Source: a virus
Taxonomy: Duplodnaviria; Caudoviricetes
Virus record (IMG/VR): IMGVR_UViG_3300020043_002961
Coordinates: 1-38,722 of that record
DNA: 38,722 nt
Reading direction: 5' to 3' (one strand)
The position numbers were made by a program, and so were the translations under genes. Below are positions 8,785-17,222 of this stretch, in pieces. Position 1 is the first letter of the stretch, and every line of letters begins with the position of its first letter. The notes below the pieces were generated by a model that did no database searches, had not been told where the DNA came from, and worked only from the letters and a program-made list of their open reading frames with translations.

Positions 8785-8870
8785 CAATCAGTGTATCACA
8801 GAACTTCACGCTTGTGAAAAAATAATTTAAAAATATTTCTTGCAAAACTTCACAGGTGTGATATATTTGG
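8785..8870. promoter_or_regulatory. divergent sigma70-type promoters with two TCAC-N4-GTGA operator-like sites
   Basis: TTGCAA..TGaTATATT (+) and TTCACA-17-TACACT (-); aacttcacgcttgtga and aacttcacaggtgtga. Confidence 0.6.
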
Positions 8871-8889
8871 TTTTTCTAAAGGAGAAACT

Positions 8890-9285
8890 ATGAAAGCAAA
8901 ACACACACCTGGGCCTTGGGTTGGAATGAACTCAGATGGCAAATTTAATCCAGACCATGATTGGTCGGTGACGGATGAAGAGGCATCTACATCAGAGGCT
9001 GCTGCAATTTGGGCTGGCGATAGAGTAATCGCTTTTGCCGTGTACTCAAGCAAAGGCTTTTACCGTGATAGTCACCCATCCATAGATGCCAACGCCCGCC
9101 TAATCGCCGCAGCCCCAGACCTACTATCCTGCCTAATCGAGATGGTAGAAGTTCACGACGAACCGTGCCACCTAGATCATCACGGCTGCTGTCAGTCGCA
9201 TTTTTTAGATGATGTGAATGACGGTGGATGTCGCGTTGCGAATGCGCGTGCGGCTATAGCCAAAGCAACAGGAGAACAGCTATGA
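8890..9285 (+). CDS. hypothetical early protein (KHTPGPW...ANARLIAAAPDLL type)
   Basis: AAGGAG SD; widespread phage motifs. Confidence 0.75.
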   Translation: MKAKHTPGPWVGMNSDGKFNPDHDWSVTDEEASTSEAAAIWAGDRVIAFAVYSSKGFYRDSHPSIDANARLIAAAPDLLSCLIEMVEVHDEPCHLDHHGCCQSHFLDDVNDGGCRVANARAAIAKATGEQL

Positions 9286-9602
9286 CAGATAAAGAACTGC
9301 TAGAACTGGCTGCAAAGGCGGCTGGATATGATTTTGAATGGTTTGGACAGCACTTTCACATTGCTATTGATGATCGTAGGTTTACATCTTGGAACCCACT
9401 AACAGACGATGGCGATGCGCTGCGTTTGGCTGTGAAGTTGCGTCTGACGATTTCTTTGGATCGTTTTGACGATTCAGACTACGCGACAGCAACGCCGCCT
9501 CACACCCATCAAGGCTACGACTGCATAGTTGATCAAGACCCATACGCGGCAACCCGCCGAGCAATCGTAAGAGCAGCAGCAGAGATTGGGAGAACACTAT
9601 GA
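9282..9602 (+). CDS. hypothetical protein (ELLELAAKAAG...WNPLTDDGDALRLA type)
   Basis: ATGA overlap; AGGAG SD; conserved phage motifs. Confidence 0.75.
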   Translation: MTDKELLELAAKAAGYDFEWFGQHFHIAIDDRRFTSWNPLTDDGDALRLAVKLRLTISLDRFDDSDYATATPPHTHQGYDCIVDQDPYAATRRAIVRAAAEIGRTL

Positions 9603-9838
9603 TCAAAAACTGGCTATACGCCCTAGCAATCGCAATCATCCTGAGCTGCTCTTATATGCTCGACGGTCACGCATTTGAGCCAAAGCCTTTTTATTTCAGC
9701 AAGAAGCCAGACAAAATTGAGGCTTACCAAGCGTGCAAGAAAATCGGTGGGCCGAATGCTTGGTTCGTTGTCACTGATTCAGGCAAGATCGTCTGCGTCA
9801 ACAAGCGCGGAAATAAATTGTCGGAGCAGCCGAAGTGA
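9599..9838 (+). CDS. small membrane-anchored/exported protein
   Basis: N-terminal hydrophobic segment; ATGA overlap. Confidence 0.6.
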   Translation: MIKNWLYALAIAIILSCSYMLDGHAFEPKPFYFSKKPDKIEAYQACKKIGGPNAWFVVTDSGKIVCVNKRGNKLSEQPK

Positions 9839-9867
9839 GTTGTTGATATAATTTTTTAGCCAATCGT

Positions 9868-9977
9868 GGCAACCTCTTGGCGGAGGTTATTTGAGTAAGC
9901 CCTTGGGGCGTCTCTGCTGGTACTCACCAGTCCGCCAACGTGTGAAAACACGAGAGACGCGCCGAGGGCTTTTTTTT
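9868..9977 (+). ncRNA. C4/CI-like cloverleaf leader RNA ending in a terminator-like U-tract
   Basis: Nested stems with two loop-to-upstream complementarities; TGaTATAAT at 9844-9852. Confidence 0.55.
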
Positions 9978-9986
9978 GGAATAAAA

Positions 9987-10484
9987 ATGGCAAGACTACC
10001 TACACCTGCAATTGACAGGGTTATGTCAAGAATCGTCAGACTCCCAGAGTCTGGGTGCTGGATTTTTATGGGGGCGCTTAACGAGGCTGGATATGGAATT
10101 GTCGGCAATGGATCTAGATCGTCTGGCGTTGACAGGGCTCACCGAATTACATACAGACACTTCAAGGGAGAGATACCTAAAGGTTTGTTTGTATGTCATC
10201 ACTGCGACATTCCTAGCTGCTGCAATCCAGACCATTTGTTTATCGGAACAAATCATGAAAACGTAATTGATTGCGTGAGAAAAAAAAGGAACTCAAAGCC
10301 CCCAGTCAATTCACATATAAAAGGAGTTGTCCATGTCAAGCATAAGTTAAATGATGACATTGTTAAAGAAATACGAGCAATGAATGGTGTCATATCGCAT
10401 CGAATTTTGGCTAACAAATTTGGAGTTTGCAGGCAAACGGTAAGTGACATAGCTTCTGGAAAAAAATGGAAGCACGTCAAATGA
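9987..10484 (+). CDS. HNH homing endonuclease with C-terminal HTH
   Basis: GCWIF...GYG...AHR...VCHHCDIPSCCNPDHLFIGT..EN. Confidence 0.9.
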   Translation: MARLPTPAIDRVMSRIVRLPESGCWIFMGALNEAGYGIVGNGSRSSGVDRAHRITYRHFKGEIPKGLFVCHHCDIPSCCNPDHLFIGTNHENVIDCVRKKRNSKPPVNSHIKGVVHVKHKLNDDIVKEIRAMNGVISHRILANKFGVCRQTVSDIASGKKWKHVK

Positions 10485-12145
10485 GTATCAGCCTAAGACC
10501 TTATCAGCACGACGTAGTTAATCAGGTGCGAGCAGCATACCTGGATGGCTACAAATGCCCTCTAGTCGTCGCAAGCACAGGATCTGGCAAGACTGTGATG
10601 TTTAGTTACATCGCAAAGAACGCCGCTGATAAAAACAACGCAATCCTGATTGCTGCGCACCGCAAAGAAATCATTCGTCAGATCAGTCTGTCTCTGGCCA
10701 GATTTGCTTTGCCGCACAACGTCATCGCTGCACCTGCACTGGTTCGTGCAATCAAGATCGCGCAGTTCAAAGCATTTGGCAAATCATTCGTCGATGCAAC
10801 ATCATCGACCATGGTTGGATCTGTGCAGACAATCGTTGGCCGGTTCGATTCAATCGACGGAGCGATTGCAAGATTGTCAAAGCGAATTGCAAAGCCAGCC
10901 AAGACAATCGTGATTCAGGATGAAGGTCATCATGTGGTGCAAAACACAGCATGGGGTCGCGTCATGGATCGCTACGGGCCAGCTGTCGGCAACGTCAGTC
11001 TGATCGTCACGGCGTCACCACAGAGACTGGATGGACGTGGGCTAGGCAAAGGCCATGGAGGTTACGCAGACACCATCATCGAAGCGCCTCCAATGCGCTG
11101 GCTGATCGAGAACGGATTTCTGTCGCCGTATCGTGTGTTCACTGCGCAGCACCAGATCGACGTGTCATCCGTCAAGACAAGAATGGGTGACTATGCCGCC
11201 TCAGACTTGCAGGAGGTGGTCGATAAGCCACAAATCACGGGTGACGCCATCACTCACTGGCGAAAGCACGCAAGCGGCCTTAAAACGGCTATTTTCTGCG
11301 TCTCTGTTGAACACAGCAAGCACGTTGCCGCCGAGTTCAATGAGAACGGAATTCCTGCTGCTCACATTGACGGCGGAACTGATGACGCCGAACGCGACAA
11401 AGCGATTGTCGACTTCGCGAACGGCAAGATCATGGTCATCACCAATGTCAACATCCTGAGCGAAGGATTCGACCTGGCCAGCATTGCCCAGCAAGACGTG
11501 ACGATCGACTGTGTGGTTGACTTGGCTCCAACGCAATCGCTGGTGAATGCCTTGCAACGCTGGGGTCGAGCACTGCGTCCAGCTGCTGGCAAGACGGCCA
11601 TTCTGCTGGATCACGCTGGCAACGTGATGCGCCACGGCTTGCCGGATGAAGATCGCGATTGGACGTTGGAAGGCGTCAAGAAAAAGAAGCGCAAAGCCGA
11701 GGAGGACGACGAAGATGATGTCAAGGTCAAGTGCTGCCCAGAGTGTTTCTCGATCCATGAACCACAGCCTGTGTGCCCGAACTGTGGTCATGTGTACGAA
11801 ATCAAAGCCAGAAAGATTGAGCACATTGAAGGCGAGCTAAAGGAAATTCAGCAGGCTCAGATCGAAAAGATGCGCCGAGACAGGATGCTTCAGCAGGGCA
11901 AGGCTCAGACCGTTGATGAACTCGTGCAACAAGGTATGAGTAAAGGGCGAGCCGAAAAGATCATCGAAGCCCGACTCGCTAAGCAGGCGTTGCAGGAGGA
12001 GATTTTCAATAAGCTCTCAGAGATTCAGGTCAAGACCGGCTTCGGCCCATACCAGACCTGCGGATTCACCCGCGCAGACATCCTACGAATGAAGCCCAAG
12101 GAGCTGAAAGCCTTGAGTGTTACAATCACAACTGTGAACAATTAG
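10481..12145 (+). CDS. superfamily 2 DNA helicase with C-terminal Zn finger
   Basis: STGSGKT, DEGHH, TASP, LSEGFD, QRWGRALR, CPEC/CPNCG. Confidence 0.92.
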   Translation: MSISLRPYQHDVVNQVRAAYLDGYKCPLVVASTGSGKTVMFSYIAKNAADKNNAILIAAHRKEIIRQISLSLARFALPHNVIAAPALVRAIKIAQFKAFGKSFVDATSSTMVGSVQTIVGRFDSIDGAIARLSKRIAKPAKTIVIQDEGHHVVQNTAWGRVMDRYGPAVGNVSLIVTASPQRLDGRGLGKGHGGYADTIIEAPPMRWLIENGFLSPYRVFTAQHQIDVSSVKTRMGDYAASDLQEVVDKPQITGDAITHWRKHASGLKTAIFCVSVEHSKHVAAEFNENGIPAAHIDGGTDDAERDKAIVDFANGKIMVITNVNILSEGFDLASIAQQDVTIDCVVDLAPTQSLVNALQRWGRALRPAAGKTAILLDHAGNVMRHGLPDEDRDWTLEGVKKKKRKAEEDDEDDVKVKCCPECFSIHEPQPVCPNCGHVYEIKARKIEHIEGELKEIQQAQIEKMRRDRMLQQGKAQTVDELVQQGMSKGRAEKIIEARLAKQALQEEIFNKLSEIQVKTGFGPYQTCGFTRADILRMKPKELKALSVTITTVNN

Positions 12146-12153
12146 GAACCATC

Positions 12154-12345
12154 ATGCACTTAGATGAAGCAATAAAACACTACAAAACACAGCGCAAGCT
12201 GGCCGAAGTTCTCGGTGTGTGCGAGCCTTGCATCAGCAATTGGCGCTCACGAGGAAAGATCCCTGCAATGGCGCAGCTGAAGATTCAAAAACTCAGCCGT
12301 GGCAAATTGAAGGCAGACATCAACGTATTTGGAGTGAAGCAATGA
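12154..12345 (+). CDS. Cro/YdaS-like HTH regulator
   Basis: QRKLAEVLGV...ISNW...GKIP...GKLKAD. Confidence 0.8.
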   Translation: MHLDEAIKHYKTQRKLAEVLGVCEPCISNWRSRGKIPAMAQLKIQKLSRGKLKADINVFGVKQ

Positions 12346-12644
12346 GCTATTCAGAAGTTGAGATGAAGGTTGTGCAATGGGGTGAAGCTCGCAAGATCAT
12401 CCAGAATGGCACGGCTATTTCGCAAGCAATCAAGACTCTCGAAGAAACGACCGAGCTTCTTGACGCGATCAACCGCGACGACATGGATGAGATCAAGGAT
12501 GCCGTGGGTGACATCGTTGTGACTCTGATCATGGTGTGCGCGATCAAAGACATTGATTTGGTGCAGTGCTTGGAAGGTGCTTACCAGCAGATTAAAAATA
12601 GGCGAGGCCACCTCACACCGCAAGGCACGTTCATCAAAGAGTGA
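12342..12644 (+). CDS. MazG-like nucleotide pyrophosphohydrolase
   Basis: KTLEETTEL...DAVGDIVVTL...AY..IKNRRG....TFIKE. Confidence 0.85.
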   Translation: MSYSEVEMKVVQWGEARKIIQNGTAISQAIKTLEETTELLDAINRDDMDEIKDAVGDIVVTLIMVCAIKDIDLVQCLEGAYQQIKNRRGHLTPQGTFIKE

Positions 12645-12720
12645 TTTGCGAAAAATAAAAAATTTAGTTGTTTCTTTAACAAATCGTGATATACTTGTTT
12701 CACACTAACACAATCGAAAG

Positions 12721-12927
12721 ATGAAAATGCAAAAATTATTGAAGATCAAAGACGTGGCCGAGATCCTTGGTCGCTCGCCAGTGACGGTTCGGGTTGATGT
12801 TTCTCGCCGCCCAGAGACGCTTCCACCGCGCATCGTCATGCCAGGATCCAATCGCGTCGTTTGGGATGCCAATGACGTGGCTGAGTGGCTGGCCAAGCAG
12901 AAGCGAAGCGATGAGGTGACTGTTTAA
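12721..12927 (+). CDS. AlpA/excisionase-like DNA-binding protein
   Basis: LLKIKDVAEILGRS...LPP......VW...DV.EWL; GTGATATACT promoter upstream. Confidence 0.75.
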   Translation: MKMQKLLKIKDVAEILGRSPVTVRVDVSRRPETLPPRIVMPGSNRVVWDANDVAEWLAKQKRSDEVTV

Positions 12928-13124
12928 TGGCCGCGCACGGTATCGAAGCACTGGTGTGCGAAGACATTGAGAAGCGCCAAGAGCTCGGTATGAAAAAGTA
13001 TGGCGTCTCTGTCGCAGATAGCGATCTTCCGCTTGAAGATTGGTTACAGCACGCATATGAGGAGACGCTTGACAAGGCAATCTACCTCAAGAGGGCAATA
13101 GAAAAAATCAGGAGTCAACAATGA
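12927..13124 (+). CDS. conserved phage protein, possibly all-alpha NTP-pyrophosphatase-like
   Basis: R..LG.KKYG....WLQHAYEE.LD.AIYL. Confidence 0.6.
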   Translation: MAAHGIEALVCEDIEKRQELGMKKYGVSVADSDLPLEDWLQHAYEETLDKAIYLKRAIEKIRSQQ

Positions 13125-13498
13125 AACGCAAAGACATTCCAAGAGCAATCGTAGAGGCGCTGATGAAGCACAAAGATGGCTTATCAATTCACGACTTGTG
13201 CGACATTCTTCAGTCAGACTACGAGGCGATCCGTAGCGTGTTAAAGAACAAGCGACCACTTGGTGTCTATATTGGTGGCTGGGTTAGAGTCTCAAAAGGC
13301 CCGTACACAGCAATCTTCAAGATGGTGAAGATGCCAAAAATTCCAGCAGATGCTGATCAGCCAAAAGTTGAAGCTGGAGATGCAATCATTTTTCGAGAGC
13401 GAATCAAACCAACCAAGACTGAGGCTCGCATAAACAAATTACCAACACAAGGTATAACTCAAATTCGCGGCCCATGGCCAACGCAGGTGCAGCTATGA
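13121..13498 (+). CDS. hypothetical protein, possible N-terminal winged HTH
   Basis: AGGAG SD; ATGA overlaps. Confidence 0.6.
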   Translation: MKRKDIPRAIVEALMKHKDGLSIHDLCDILQSDYEAIRSVLKNKRPLGVYIGGWVRVSKGPYTAIFKMVKMPKIPADADQPKVEAGDAIIFRERIKPTKTEARINKLPTQGITQIRGPWPTQVQL

Positions 13499-13635
13499 AT
13501 GAAGACGACACAGAAGACGAAATCTGCTCATGGTGCAGCGGGTCTGGTGAAGGAATGTATGACGGTGCTACGTGTAGCAAATGCCACGGCTCAGGTGTTG
13601 AGCCTGTTGAAAACGAGTATGACGACTATGAGTAA
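13495..13635 (+). CDS. 46-aa acidic DnaJ-type zinc-finger peptide
   Basis: Read manually: CSWCSGSG and CSKCHGSG (CxxCxGxG twice). Confidence 0.65.
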   Translation: MNEDDTEDEICSWCSGSGEGMYDGATCSKCHGSGVEPVENEYDDYE

Positions 13636-13744
13636 ACAATCGTGGCCTTTCCCACCAGCAACAGGCGCAGTTCCTTGGACTGCCAAACAAATCAAAGCGT
13701 ACCAACAAGCGCAACGCGCACAACTGCCAGAGGCTCCGCTATGA
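13628..13744 (+). CDS. 38-aa hypothetical peptide (MSKQSWPFPP...EAPL)
   Basis: Tiles between neighbours with overlaps. Confidence 0.55.
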   Translation: MSKQSWPFPPATGAVPWTAKQIKAYQQAQRAQLPEAPL

Positions 13745-14295
13745 AACAAGCATTGCAATCATTGATTGATGAAATGGAATATGTTTTGTCGTGTATCAAT
13801 GAAGAAAAAATTCCTTTTGATGGTGATGATTTCCATGAAGCATTGCGATTAGGAAAAGAAGCACTAGCCAAGCAAGAGCAGGGTGAGCCTTTAGACACGC
13901 CATTGCCATGCGATGTAAAAGTTGGGCATGTGAATATTCGCAAAGGCGTTGCTCTACGCACTCTAGTAGCGCGTATGCAAGTGCTTTATGACATGGCACA
14001 ACCAAAGCAAGAGCAGGGCGAGCCTGTGGCGATAGTGGTTGGTGATGCGTGGAATTCGGCTATCCACTTTCTACCAGAGGGGCTGGATTTACCGATTGAC
14101 ACCCTGCTTTACACCACACCACAACAACGCAAGCCGCTGACGGATGAGCAAATTGAAGACCGTGTGTTGTCCGATGTAGTTGATTACTTGTCCAAACAAC
14201 ATGACTGGCTAACAAAAATTTCTGCAATCAACTTAGTTGCAGGTTTGTATGGTCGCGCTGACAAAGTTTTAGCCGCCCACGGCATTAAGGAGTAA
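13741..14295 (+). CDS. modular accessory protein 1 (linker-delimited modules)
   Basis: ATG 13741 in ATGA overlap; KQEQGEP twice, LYTTPQQRKPL. Confidence 0.75.
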   Translation: MKQALQSLIDEMEYVLSCINEEKIPFDGDDFHEALRLGKEALAKQEQGEPLDTPLPCDVKVGHVNIRKGVALRTLVARMQVLYDMAQPKQEQGEPVAIVVGDAWNSAIHFLPEGLDLPIDTLLYTTPQQRKPLTDEQIEDRVLSDVVDYLSKQHDWLTKISAINLVAGLYGRADKVLAAHGIKE

Positions 14296-14769
14296 GACAT
14301 GAGTAAAGAAGCAATGAAGCTGGCGCTTGAGGCGTTAAAAGCACCGTCACCTATGGGTAACTACAAAGCCATTACAGCCCTAGAAGAAGCACTAGCCAAG
14401 GAAGAGCCTGTGGCGATAGACATCACGATTGATGATGATGATGCGCTGTCTTACTTGCGCGATATGGTCGTTCAATCAGATGGTGACTTGACACCAATCC
14501 GTCTGTTGGTCGGTGAATGGCACTCTGGGTACGGCCTTTACATCGCTTCGGCAGACTACCCAGAGGAAGGCGCTGTCAAGATTGCTGATGTTGCCGCCAG
14601 CAAAACTGCAACACAGCCAGAGGAAGAGCAAGAGAAGGGATCAACTCCAGAAGACCCAATGGACACGCCATTACCTTGCGATGTGACAGTGGGCCACGTA
14701 AATATTCGCAAGGGCGTTGCTCTGCGTACTTTAGTGGCGCGTATGCAAGTGCTTTATGACATGGCGCAA
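13894..14769 (+). repeat. 108-bp duplicated coding module (13894..14001 and 14662..14769)
   Basis: 14 nt differences, 35/36 aa identical. Confidence 0.9.
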
Positions 14770-15447
14770 GCAACTCAATCGCAGGGCGAGCCTTTGAAGG
14801 TGCATGACGCGCAATGTCCAGCTTTGATAGGAGATCGCTGCGATTGTTCAGCAAGCCCCAAAGTCGTTGACAAAGCATGGGCTCAATTTTGTGGAGGAAT
14901 TGGTCTTGGTCCAGATGCACCATACCCAGGAATGATTGAAGCTTTTGAACTGCACTACGGGCAATCTTTCACAGACAAAGACTGGCGCGAAGAGACTAGC
15001 GTGTGGGCGGCTGCTTGGAAAGCTGCAAAGGCTACTAAACCAAAGCAAGAGCAGGGTGAGCCTGTGGCGAATGCGTCAACGTGGTTTGCATTGGTGATGA
15101 ATGCAGCGGCAGAGCTTGAGAACGCATCAATTTTCCTACGCGATGAAGACGCGAAGCGCGTTGCAATTAGTGGGGCGAAATACTACCGAGATCAGGCAAG
15201 CGCTCTCTACACCACACCACAACAACGCAAGCCGCTATGGATTGACCCAAACGACAAGACGCAAGAGAAGTTTCTGCCAAACATTGGTGAGCCTGTTATT
15301 TTTTGTTGCCGAGGAGAGACTTATATCGGATGGCACACTGGAGGTGGATTTCAAGATGCCTTTAACAGTGAAAACTATTTCAACACGTGGTCTTGCAGGT
15401 GGATGCCAATTCCATTCATCGAAGCCGCCCACTCAAGTAAGGATTAA
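14299..15447 (+). CDS. modular accessory protein 2 (linker-delimited modules; C-terminal DUF551-like segment)
   Basis: AAGGAG SD; shares linkers and a 36-aa module with the upstream gene. Confidence 0.75.
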   Translation: MSKEAMKLALEALKAPSPMGNYKAITALEEALAKEEPVAIDITIDDDDALSYLRDMVVQSDGDLTPIRLLVGEWHSGYGLYIASADYPEEGAVKIADVAASKTATQPEEEQEKGSTPEDPMDTPLPCDVTVGHVNIRKGVALRTLVARMQVLYDMAQATQSQGEPLKVHDAQCPALIGDRCDCSASPKVVDKAWAQFCGGIGLGPDAPYPGMIEAFELHYGQSFTDKDWREETSVWAAAWKAAKATKPKQEQGEPVANASTWFALVMNAAAELENASIFLRDEDAKRVAISGAKYYRDQASALYTTPQQRKPLWIDPNDKTQEKFLPNIGEPVIFCCRGETYIGWHTGGGFQDAFNSENYFNTWSCRWMPIPFIEAAHSSKD

Positions 15448-15450
15448 GAC

Positions 15451-15588
15451 ATGAAAATGGTTTTACTTGTCGGATGGTTCCACATCATCATGTGGACGTT
15501 TGGAAGTCTAGGTGCGTTGGACTATCACCTGTGTATCAAGGCTCCTGCTGGCGCTTGCAAGAATTTCGGCATCAAGGAAAACAAATGA
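15451..15588 (+). CDS. 45-aa hydrophobic peptide
   Basis: Read manually: MKMVLLVGWFHIIMWTFGSLG...; TAAGGA SD. Confidence 0.5.
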   Translation: MKMVLLVGWFHIIMWTFGSLGALDYHLCIKAPAGACKNFGIKENK

Positions 15589-15728
15589 CCAAAGAAGAGC
15601 CAATCCAAATGCTTCGCGGCATAGGCTGCGATGAAAACACAATTACAGCTATGTCAAACGCTTACGATTTAGGCTTTGAACACGCAAAAGAAACACTGGA
15701 GAAGAAATGCGAAAACCAATCGGCATAA
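15585..15728 (+). CDS. 47-aa hypothetical protein
   Basis: ATGA overlap; AAGGA SD. Confidence 0.5.
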   Translation: MTKEEPIQMLRGIGCDENTITAMSNAYDLGFEHAKETLEKKCENQSA

Positions 15729-15892
15729 CAGTGCCACACAGAGAAGTCGGCTACAAAGAGCCAAAGGGATGGCGCGGTATTGCTGACAGCGAGATCATCG
15801 AGATCTTGCGCGACTACAACATGGAGCCATCGCCAAATCGAATGAACTACACCAAAGAGATCATCCGAACATTGATGGAGCGCAATACATGA
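15707..15892 (+). CDS. hypothetical protein
   Basis: GGAG SD; tiling. Confidence 0.55.
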   Translation: MRKPIGITVPHREVGYKEPKGWRGIADSEIIEILRDYNMEPSPNRMNYTKEIIRTLMERNT

Positions 15893-16008
15893 GCGAAGAA
15901 ATAAAAAGCCTGCCGACGTTGATCGGGTTGATCTTTGCATCAGCAGGCTTGACTGTGGCTGTTCTCTACTGGTTCGTCAGTAGCAGCGTCGATGATGATC
16001 AAGCGTAA
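15889..16008 (+). CDS. 39-aa single-TM peptide
   Basis: Read manually; GGAG SD and ATGA overlap. Confidence 0.45.
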   Translation: MSEEIKSLPTLIGLIFASAGLTVAVLYWFVSSSVDDDQA

Positions 16009-16469
16009 GCGCGTGCGCCTAATTTGTCGATGATGAGCTTGGATTTCTTGGGCACATCGCTCTCATTGGTGGTGATGGACACATGAGTCCAGCGGTCGAA
16101 CTCGCGAATCACCTGTTGGTAAGGCAGTTCGCTTGCAATGATTGCTTTCGTGACTTCATCAGGCGTCATGCCAGGCACACGAATGTCAGCAGCGCAACCG
16201 CGACGGTGATCGCTTTTGTTGTTTGAGCCAACAGAATCATTCACAGCCTCAGATCGGAATCCGCTATTGATCATGATCGGCTTTCCGTTCAAGATGACCT
16301 TCAGCTGCTCCAAGAAGTTTGCCAGTCTAGGCAGGTTGGCAACTGCGTTCACGAACACTTCTTTGCCATCAATGATGCACTTCTCGCGCTCGGTTGGTGT
16401 GTTGTCCAGATCACGATGATCCGTGTGCGTCAACTCTTCAATGGTGAAGTGTGGGGTTAAATTTGTCAT
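15999..16469 (-). CDS. endolysin, peptidase M15A family
   Basis: LTPHFT..E, INSGFRS..VN..VG....SDH..G.AADI, EFDRWTHVS. Confidence 0.9.
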   Translation of the reverse strand: MTNLTPHFTIEELTHTDHRDLDNTPTEREKCIIDGKEVFVNAVANLPRLANFLEQLKVILNGKPIMINSGFRSEAVNDSVGSNNKSDHRRGCAADIRVPGMTPDEVTKAIIASELPYQQVIREFDRWTHVSITTNESDVPKKSKLIIDKLGARAYA

Positions 16470-16915
16470 TTGCGTTTCTCCATTACTTTTTCAACAGTCC
16501 GACCGCCAAAGTATGCAGTCATTACGATCATGCCCCACTGGCCCAGCAGGTTCACGTAGGACTCGGCGATGCGGAATCCAAATCCATCTGCCACCGCCAT
16601 CAAGATGAAGGCAGACAGAATGTAGATCAGCGTCATTGGACGGATGTTTTTAGACAGCCACGAATCGCTGGCCATGTCAGCCTGCCAGCGTTCGCTGACG
16701 GCCTTTGTTTCAGCTTCAAACGCACGCGTATCAATCTCTTTTAGTTTGAGCGCCAGCTCCGGATTTGCCTCCAGAGCCTTAGTCACCTCACCAATTGACG
16801 CGGGCACGCCGAGCTTGTCAGCAATGGCCTTCACAGCCATGCCACCCATAGGGCCAGCCACCGCAGTGGCCAACGCTGGGGCTGCGCTGCCTAGCAGTTT
16901 AAGAAGGCTGTCCAT
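16466..16915 (-). CDS. holin, 3TM (GTA-holin-like)
   Basis: APALATAVAGP, DSWLSKNIRP, AYFGGRTVEK; adjacent to endolysin. Confidence 0.8.
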   Translation of the reverse strand: MDSLLKLLGSAAPALATAVAGPMGGMAVKAIADKLGVPASIGEVTKALEANPELALKLKEIDTRAFEAETKAVSERWQADMASDSWLSKNIRPMTLIYILSAFILMAVADGFGFRIAESYVNLLGQWGMIVMTAYFGGRTVEKVMEKRK

Positions 16916-17222
16916 CGTCCGGCTTTCCAACGATTGCGTGCGCAATGGCGGCAGTGGCCTTGCGACCAGAGATGCCGCCCAATGTGCCCACACCCATGAA
17001 GGCGATGGCTTTCAGGATTTCCAAGAAGATGGCGTCGATCGGGGCTAGCACTTCATCTTGAGGCTCAAATGCAATAGCGTACATCACACCCATTGATATC
17101 AAGAACACCATGGCGCAGATCGACTTTACGACAAACGCCCACACTTGCACCTCAACCTCTTCGACGGTTGGCTTTGGCCGATTAATACGCGCCTCGATGA
17201 TTTTCAGTAATAGCTCTTTCAC
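16899..17222 (-). CDS. 2-TM membrane protein in lysis cluster
   Basis: Two hydrophobic helices. Confidence 0.65.
   Translation of the reverse strand: MKELLLKIIEARINRPKPTVEEVEVQVWAFVVKSICAMVFLISMGVMYAIAFEPQDEVLAPIDAIFLEILKAIAFMGVGTLGGISGRKATAAIAHAIVGKPDDGQPS

Noticed and set aside
12721-12927. Evidence of an integrating prophage
   Set aside because: AlpA/Xis-like gene only; no integrase, att site, CI or host genes are visible, though the genome is incomplete
13741-15447. Diversity-generating retroelement (TR/VR pair)
   Set aside because: No reverse transcriptase is present, and differences between the copies are almost all synonymous and not restricted to adenines
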